A DNA stretch of 35,190 bases from Octopus bimaculoides. Taxonomy: Eukaryota. The DNA is taken from contig NC_068984.1 in assembly GCF_001194135.2 (NCBI RefSeq), positions 132,213,732-132,248,921 on the forward strand. The letters are read 5' to 3'. Below, piece after piece: positions 32,343 through 35,190 of this stretch. The translations under genes and the position numbers were made by a program. Under the pieces are notes generated by a model. The model was not told the DNA's origin. It ran no database searches and saw only the letters and a program-made list of their open reading frames with translations. Each line of letters begins with the position of its first letter. Positions within the stretch are counted from its first letter, which is position 1.

Positions 32343-34273
32343 ATCTGAGCTGTCTATACAATATCTTTTATCCTTTCTCTTTTAATTAATTCAGTCATTA
32401 GACTGTGGCCATACTGGGGCACCACCTTGAGGAATATATACTCAAATGTATTGACCCCAGTACTTTTCTTTTAAGCCTGGTACTTAGTCTATCAATTCTT
32501 TTGCCAAACTGCAAAGTTACAAGGACATAAACACACCAACACCAGCTGTCAAGCAGTGGAGGTGGGACACAGGCAGATATACACACACACACATTTATAT
32601 ATATGACAGGCTTCTTTCAGTTTCCACCTACCAAATCCACTCATCAGGATTTGGTTGGCCTGAGGCTATAGTAGAAGACACTTTCCCAAGGTGCCACACA
32701 GTAGGACTGAACCCAGAACCATGTGGTTGGGAGGCAAACTTCTTACCACACAGCCACGTCTGTGCCTATAAGTTAATTATATTATATGTGTGATACAGGG
32801 CTGAAAGCTTTAGACTCCAAGGATGGCTATGTGGTTAAGAAATTTGCTTCTCAACCACAAGGTTTCTGGTTCAGTCCTAGGGCATGGCACCTTCAGCAAG
32901 TGCCTTCTACTATAGCCCTGGGACAACCAAAGCCTTGTGAGTGGATTTATTTTGAAGAAACTGAAAGAAACCCATCGTGTGTGTATGTGTGTGTGAGTCC
33001 CCTTGTCTTGACATCTGATGATGGATGTGAATGAATGTCCTTCATTTTCAATATTTTGCAAAAACCTATCTGGCCTTGGGGAAATATTATCTTGCTTAGA
33101 AACAAGTAAGGGATCGATCCTAGTGCGTAACTGGTACTTAATTTATCGACCCTGAAAGGATGAAAGGCAAAGTTGACCTCAGCGGAATTTGAACTCAGAA
33201 CGTAATGGCAGACGAAATACCACCTAAGCATTTCGCCCAGCATGCTAACGTTTCTGCCAGTTCGCCGCCTTCACTTACTTTTTCTATCTGTGACCTGACC
33301 TCATCACCTGTGCAGGCATACCATAGTGGTTACAGTGCTGTGATAACTATTGAAACAGAGACGGTTAATAAGATACAATAGTTTTAAAGACCTGGTGGCT
33401 ATATTTAGGTGAAGGCTGTGAAATGTTCAGAAAGGTGTACCAACCCGATGCCTACACTGGGTGAGGACTTTAACAAAAGTGTTGCTAATTTTCTGATACA
33501 CCTCGAAGGATAGGGTAAGGTTTTTGGTGACGGTAGTGCTCCTCTTTTGATTCTTGTTCACCAAATTTACAATTTGGCCTAAGAGAGAAGAACTTTCCTG
33601 TAAAAAGATAAAAAAACATAGAGGTGAGGTAAAGAAGTGAAGGGGTTAATTAAGTAGATATTTTTTTTTTTCTGATACCCTAACAATTCTGAAAATCTGA
33701 AGAAAAGTGTGCAATGAAGATGGTTTGGAAGGTTGATCAATTTGGTGGCGAATGTTAACCTACCTTGAGGTTGATCCAGCACCAGGAAAGAAGAAACTGG
33801 TATTCGTTTGATAGAACCACAGACGCTTGGTAAGTGGCTTGGCTGTCACAAATGACATTCTCCAGAGCCACAGCTATGTCAGCAAAGGAAGGGCATGCAG
33901 CTGGAATGAGATAGAAAATTAGATTATTATTTTTGTGAGTTTAAATTATGAGAGACAAAAATAGGTGTGTTTACGTCGCCATAACTTAGTGGTTCGGCAA
34001 AAGAGACTGACAGAATAAGTCCTGGGGTCGATTTGCTCCACTGAAGGCAGTACTCCAGCATGGCCGCAGTCAAATGACTGAAACAAGTAAAAGAATAAGG
34101 TAAAAGTAACTCACTAGAATCTTGTCCACCTGATAATATGCACATGACGACATTAATGATGCGGATGGCTAAATTGATGATATATTCTAGGACTGATTGC
34201 CATGCAATGACCTCGTTATCTTCAACAGATTCGATGCAGTAGGGCAGACATTCTTCGATACAGCAAATGAGAC
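12616..34273 (-). CDS. THADA: THADA / Trm732 homolog (armadillo-like, DUF2428), 3' portion; 17 coding exons in window, 5' end outside window
   Basis: Hand-spliced GT-AG exons with matching phases total 2930 nt (2 nt + 976 codons incl. TGA). Recognisable THADA motifs occur in the expected order: CWINLKE..SLLG, CRHRGAIE, ITRRSAGLP, QVHALNILKVLF..SPSWAIRNASTQLFSTLMTRMFG, SRVYQMRELAA, LLQDDINEVRN, LFDQEDNNCFAE. Motif matching is from memory of vertebrate THADA; no database search was run. Confidence 0.95.
13763..13814 (+). ncRNA. Minimal type I hammerhead ribozyme motif (Penelope/retrozyme type)
   Basis: AACAC-CTGATGA-A-GGCTG(gtgtatatatatatat)CAGCC-GAAA-T-GTT^-GTGTT. Core boxes are present, stem I AACAC/GTGTT, stem II GGCTG/CAGCC, GUU triplet, stem III reduced to A(T)GT. 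Confidence 0.8.
14164..14281 (-). CDS. THADA: THADA exon w16 (118 nt, phase 0 to 1)
   Basis: Acceptor tgtattttccag|AAA, donor G|GTAAGT; KLLSNTKPVSKREQYLSTLCTSVLHKGTILFESLSKNLK. Confidence 0.85.
14301..14749. other. Assembly gap (449 N) in THADA intron w15-w16
   Basis: N run. Confidence 1.
14750..14830. repeat. (TA)n(GA)n microsatellite next to a gap
   Basis: Directly visible; mirrored by (CT)n(TA)n at 14061-14104. Confidence 0.95.
14849..14933 (-). CDS. THADA: THADA exon w15 (85 nt, phase 2 to 0)
   Basis: Acceptor ttttcttttag|T, donor GTT|GTAAGT; SWQLFDQEDNNCFAEKMVVNQMAHAALV, matching the THADA LFEK..N.WAE-type motif. Confidence 0.92.
15165..15590 (-). mobile_element. SINE with family A head and RTE-type tail (family A2)
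   Basis: Family A head, (TG)n, a different body, then ggcaacaggaaggacactcagctgtagaaaa and a (GAT)n-like end; homologous to 34636-34962 and 32823-33105. Confidence 0.7.
15906..16039 (-). CDS. THADA: THADA exon w14 (134 nt, phase 0 to 2)
   Basis: Acceptor ttttctctgtttgccag|TTA, donor AG|GTAAGT; LLFHHLVCHYPSAAWDILYDLLCYNDGSECAASLEAMLSRKLQI. The 5' boundary is slightly uncertain (see findings). Confidence 0.82.
16188..16578 (+). mobile_element. SINE family A, diverged
   Basis: Head, (TG)n and 3' module are recognisable. Confidence 0.75.
16888..17270 (+). mobile_element. tRNA-derived SINE, family D, full length and young
   Basis: Pol III A-box-like TGGCCCAGTAG and B-box-like GTTTCGATTCC; CpG-rich body; ends gccaacaatg; ~95% identical to 21881-22226 in inverse orientation. 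Confidence 0.88.
17510..17615 (-). CDS. THADA: THADA exon w13 (106 nt, phase 2 to 0)
   Basis: Acceptor ttactccttccag|A, donor CAG|GTAAGT; IFHTALYLLQDDINEVRNWAAHFVHSLPLLSSLKQ. Confidence 0.9.
17951..18740 (-). mobile_element. SINE related to family D (gtgtccttgagcaagacac core), split by a nested RTE-like insertion at 18065-18622
   Basis: Removing 18065-18622 rejoins gccagct|gagtggactgg; tRNA-like head at 18640-18740. Confidence 0.8.
18065..18622 (+). mobile_element. RTE-like 3' module with five hairpin-bearing repeat units
   Basis: Five GTGCCggtGGCACgtaaaa-like units, the conserved tail, then (GAT)n. Confidence 0.85.
18904..19083 (-). CDS. THADA: THADA exon w12 (180 nt, phase 2 to 2)
   Basis: Acceptor ttaatgttccag|G, donor AA|GTAAGT; FEELYLMWSSYLFQQLGNVDSNLRMALSQSLAIAG...QKEISY (not in the ORF track). 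Confidence 0.88.
19500..19726 (-). mobile_element. tRNA-derived SINE family B, full length with TSD
   Basis: Head gaaggcggcgagctggcagaaac with B-box-like AGTTCAAATTCC; perfect 11-bp TSD TCAAATATCTT (19489-99 / 19727-37). Confidence 0.9.
20547..20818 (-). CDS. THADA: THADA exon w11 (272 nt, phase 0 to 2)
   Basis: Acceptor ctattacacag|GAG, donor AA|GTAAGT; EQFISLQLNVSRYSPIQITVLDLFNAV...CTKLISTSPSTT. Confidence 0.87.
21190..21350 (-). mobile_element. SINE family B, diverged
   Basis: tggtactta.tttatcgaccc...ggaatttgaactcagaac core. Confidence 0.7.
21881..22226 (-). mobile_element. tRNA-derived SINE, family D, with deletion in the head and a TSD
   Basis: Reverse-complement match to 16888-17270; flanked by a 14-bp TSD CTCTCTCAAACCAT (21867-80) / CTCTCACAAACCAT (22230-43). 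Confidence 0.9.
22414..22626 (-). CDS. THADA: THADA exon w10 (213 nt, phase 0 to 0)
   Basis: Acceptor ttctttatatag|ATT, donor ATG|GTATGT; IGFSSMLSEHAELLF...VDLLLTSKCYEVQERCCQTL...WESVM. Confidence 0.87.
22743..23330 (-). mobile_element. RTE-like 3' module, longer diverged copy
   Basis: (CAT)n start, reverse-complement tail, about five units, and homology to the gcttgcgaagacctgttg segment of 18065-18160. Confidence 0.8.
23612..23837 (-). CDS. THADA: THADA exon w9 (226 nt, phase 2 to 0)
   Basis: Acceptor atactttcag|C, donor ACT|GTAAGT; KDDLKSILQKL...PSCGLIQARLIQII...WQQIESTTKNSPT. Confidence 0.88.
23937..24356 (+). mobile_element. tRNA-derived SINE family A, full length
   Basis: ggctgtgtggtaagtagc...GGTTCAGTCCC head, ggcaccttg-gcaagtg core, (TG)n linker, 3' module ending (gtaaaaga)n; high identity to 25986-26409 and 35022-35190. 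Confidence 0.9.
25292..25516 (-). CDS. THADA: THADA exon w8 (225 nt, phase 2 to 2)
   Basis: Acceptor ttttgttccag|C, donor AA|GTAAGC; LCDQF...ESRVYQMRELAASAMV...HNKVHGIFIFVEKLLQAQSW. Confidence 0.93.
25675..25975 (+). mobile_element. RTE-like 3' module with ~27-bp tandem units
   Basis: About five copies of actggtgctggtgccacataaaaagc, then the conserved tail. Confidence 0.75.
25986..26409 (+). mobile_element. tRNA-derived SINE family A, full length
   Basis: Same architecture as 23937-24356. Confidence 0.9.
26497..26734 (-). CDS. THADA: THADA exon w7 (238 nt, phase 1 to 2)
   Basis: Acceptor ttgtttccag|GT, donor AA|GTAAGT; (S)TLMTRMFGQKK...HFPDLLPFLLSKL...QPSLFPVLTLLSNV. Confidence 0.95.
27614..28064 (-). 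mobile_element. Second copy of the same SINE, split by a nested RTE-like insertion at 27757-27939
   Basis: Flanks align with 17951-18064 and 18623-18740. Confidence 0.75.
27757..27939 (-). mobile_element. 5'-truncated RTE-like 3' module nested in a SINE
   Basis: catcatcatcatcgtttaacgtcc...gggtgcttttttacatgccacc. Confidence 0.8.
28462..28828 (-). mobile_element. SINE family A, diverged
   Basis: Reverse complement of the family A 3' module, (CA)n and head. Confidence 0.75.
28925..29171 (-). CDS. THADA: THADA exon w6 (247 nt, phase 0 to 1)
   Basis: Acceptor tcttgcag|GGA, donor A|GTAAGT; ...DLNQVHALNILKVLFGDNNL...FESPSWAIRNASTQLF. Confidence 0.96.
29495..29912 (-). mobile_element. SINE family A, diverged, spanning an assembly gap
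   Basis: 3' module left of the Ns, head right of the Ns. Confidence 0.7.
29653..29775. other. Assembly gap (123 N)
   Basis: N run. Confidence 1.
30672..30782 (-). CDS. THADA: THADA exon w5 (111 nt, phase 0 to 0)
   Basis: Acceptor ttttctag|ATC, donor AAT|GTAAGA; ILKSLNSGELDVSITRRSAGLPIIVQCICISERKTKN (DUF2428 TRRSAG motif; not in the ORF track). Confidence 0.95.
31064..31294. mobile_element. TTAA/CCC-ended (piggyBac-like) MITE
   Basis: TTAACCCTTTTGTTAC ... GTATCAAAAGGGTTAG (14/16 inverted); internal sequence is homologous to 11592-11792. Confidence 0.7.
31763..32062 (+). mobile_element. RTE-like 3' module
   Basis: Two ggcacctgtgtcggtggcacataaaaagcacc units, the tail, then (GAT)n; ends about 40 nt from the w4 donor. 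Confidence 0.8.
32104..32205 (-). CDS. THADA: THADA exon w4 (102 nt, phase 0 to 0)
   Basis: Acceptor ctattgcag|GGT, donor CAA|GTGAGT; GAIENCRSGFIDFCMTLLSTKHSASSIPEKVLVQ. Confidence 0.93.
32385..32768 (-). mobile_element. SINE family A, diverged
   Basis: Full reverse-complement architecture. Confidence 0.8.
32823..33105 (+). mobile_element. SINE family A2, truncated by a family B copy
   Basis: Family A head plus the ccttgtcttgac...ggccttggggaaatatt body. Confidence 0.7.
33106..33273 (-). mobile_element. SINE family B, 3'-truncated
   Basis: Near-identical to 19560-19726. Confidence 0.85.
33445..33597 (-). CDS. THADA: THADA exon w3 (153 nt, phase 0 to 0)
   Basis: Acceptor ctttttacag|GAA, donor CGG|GTTGGT; ESSSLLGQIV...KISNTFVKVLTQCRHR, joining w4 to give RHRGAIE. 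Confidence 0.93.
33764..33900 (-). CDS. THADA: THADA exon w2 (137 nt, phase 1 to 0)
   Basis: Acceptor tcattccag|CT, donor AAG|GTAGGT; ACPSFADIAVALENVI...YQFLLSWCWINLK. Confidence 0.93.
33960..34098 (+). mobile_element. SINE family A 3' module in THADA intron w1-w2
   Basis: ggtgtgtttacgtc...aacttag...ctccagcatggccgcagtcaaatgactgaaacaagtaaaaga. Confidence 0.85.
34115..34273 (-). CDS. THADA: THADA exon w1 (159 nt, phase 1 to 1)
   Basis: Acceptor tcttttag|GT, donor A|GTGAGT; encodes (G)LICCIEECLP...AWQSVLEYIINLAIRIINVVMCILSGGQDS. Confidence 0.88.
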
Positions 34274-34329
34274 CTAAAAGACAATGGAAGAAATAAAACA
34301 ATAACAATGAACGAATTGTCATGATCAAC

Positions 34330-34626
34330 CTGTGCCAATGTCACATAAAAAGCACCTATGTTGGTGCCACATAAAAAGCACCTGTGCCAGTGCCATGTAA
34401 AATACATTTGTGCCAGTGCTGCATGGAAAGTACCTGTGCTGGTGCCACATAAAAAGCACCCATGCTGGTGCCACATAAAGAGCTCCTGTGCCAGTGCCAT
34501 GAAAAAATGGTTGGCATTAGGAAGGGCATCCAGTCATAGAAACCAAGCTAAAACGCTCAACTGGAACCTGATGCAGCTCTCCAGTTTGCCAACATGGAAA
34601 ACAGGCATTAAATGATGATGATGATA
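34330..34626 (+). mobile_element. RTE-like 3' module with about seven 26-27-bp tandem units
   Basis: cctgtgctggtgccacataaaaagca-like array, the tail, then (GAT)n. Confidence 0.75.
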
Positions 34627-34635
34627 ATTATTATC

Positions 34636-34962
34636 ATCATCGTCATCATTATTTAACATCCATTTTCCATGCCTGCATAGTTCAGAAAGAATTTGCTGAG
34701 GCAAATTTTCTACAGCTGGATGCCCTTGCTGTCACCAACTCTTACCCGTTTCCAAATAAGGTAATATTTCACCATGGCTAGACATGTTTTTCATTGAAAG
34801 AAACAAAAACTCTCATTTGTATGATGATGCTGCTCTTCTACAACCATCACATGATCTCAAGACAACAGTGCACATACACACACGACAGGTTCTTCCAGTT
34901 TTCATCTACCAAATCCACACAGTTGAGAAGCAAGCTTCTTAACTACACATTCATACCTGTAC
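34636..34962 (-). mobile_element. SINE family A2, internally deleted
   Basis: (CAT)n start, RTE-type tail, partial family A head. Confidence 0.7.
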
Positions 34963-35021
34963 CTTATCATTATCAGAAAAAAAAACAAAACATTTAGCCA
35001 TTAATATTAGTAAATAGAAGA

Positions 35022-35190
35022 CGGCTGTGTGGTAAGTAGCTTGCTTACCAACCACATGGTTCCGGGTTCAGTCCCACTGCGTGGCACCTTGGGCAAGTGT
35101 CTCCTACTATAGCCTCGGGCCGACCAAAGCCTTGTGAGTGGATTTGGTAGACGAAAACTGAAAGAAGCCCATCATATATATGTATATATA
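35022..35190 (+). mobile_element. SINE family A head, truncated by the window edge
   Basis: Near-identical to 25996-26160. Confidence 0.9.

Overview
AT-rich, repeat-dense eukaryotic genomic DNA with three assembly gaps. The SINE/LINE-tail repertoire and (TA)n/(CA)n density look like an octopod cephalopod (Octopus-like); this is recalled, not searched. The right two-thirds holds the 3' part of a THADA (Trm732-family, DUF2428) gene on the minus strand. I rebuilt 17 coding exons by hand (34273 to 12616, numbered w1-w17 within the window). All introns are GT-AG, the phases close, and 2930 nt give about 975 aa up to a TGA. The 5' exons lie beyond the right edge. Most ORFs in the supplied track are microsatellite or repeat artefacts. 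Non-coding highlights: (1) a minimal type I hammerhead ribozyme at 13763-13814 on the + strand, of the Penelope/retrozyme kind; (2) a young inverted SINE pair bracketing exons w11-w13, whose 558-nt back-spliced circle would be stop-free and in frame; (3) a Tc1/mariner deletion derivative containing the first AATAAA after the THADA stop; (4) a ~230-nt foldback hairpin; (5) an RTE-like 3' module inserted twice at nearly the same site of one SINE family; (6) modular SINEs, hAT- and piggyBac-type MITEs, and a ~435-bp direct repeat with a micro-inversion. No CRISPR array, rRNA or genuine tRNA gene was found, and no second gene is supported.
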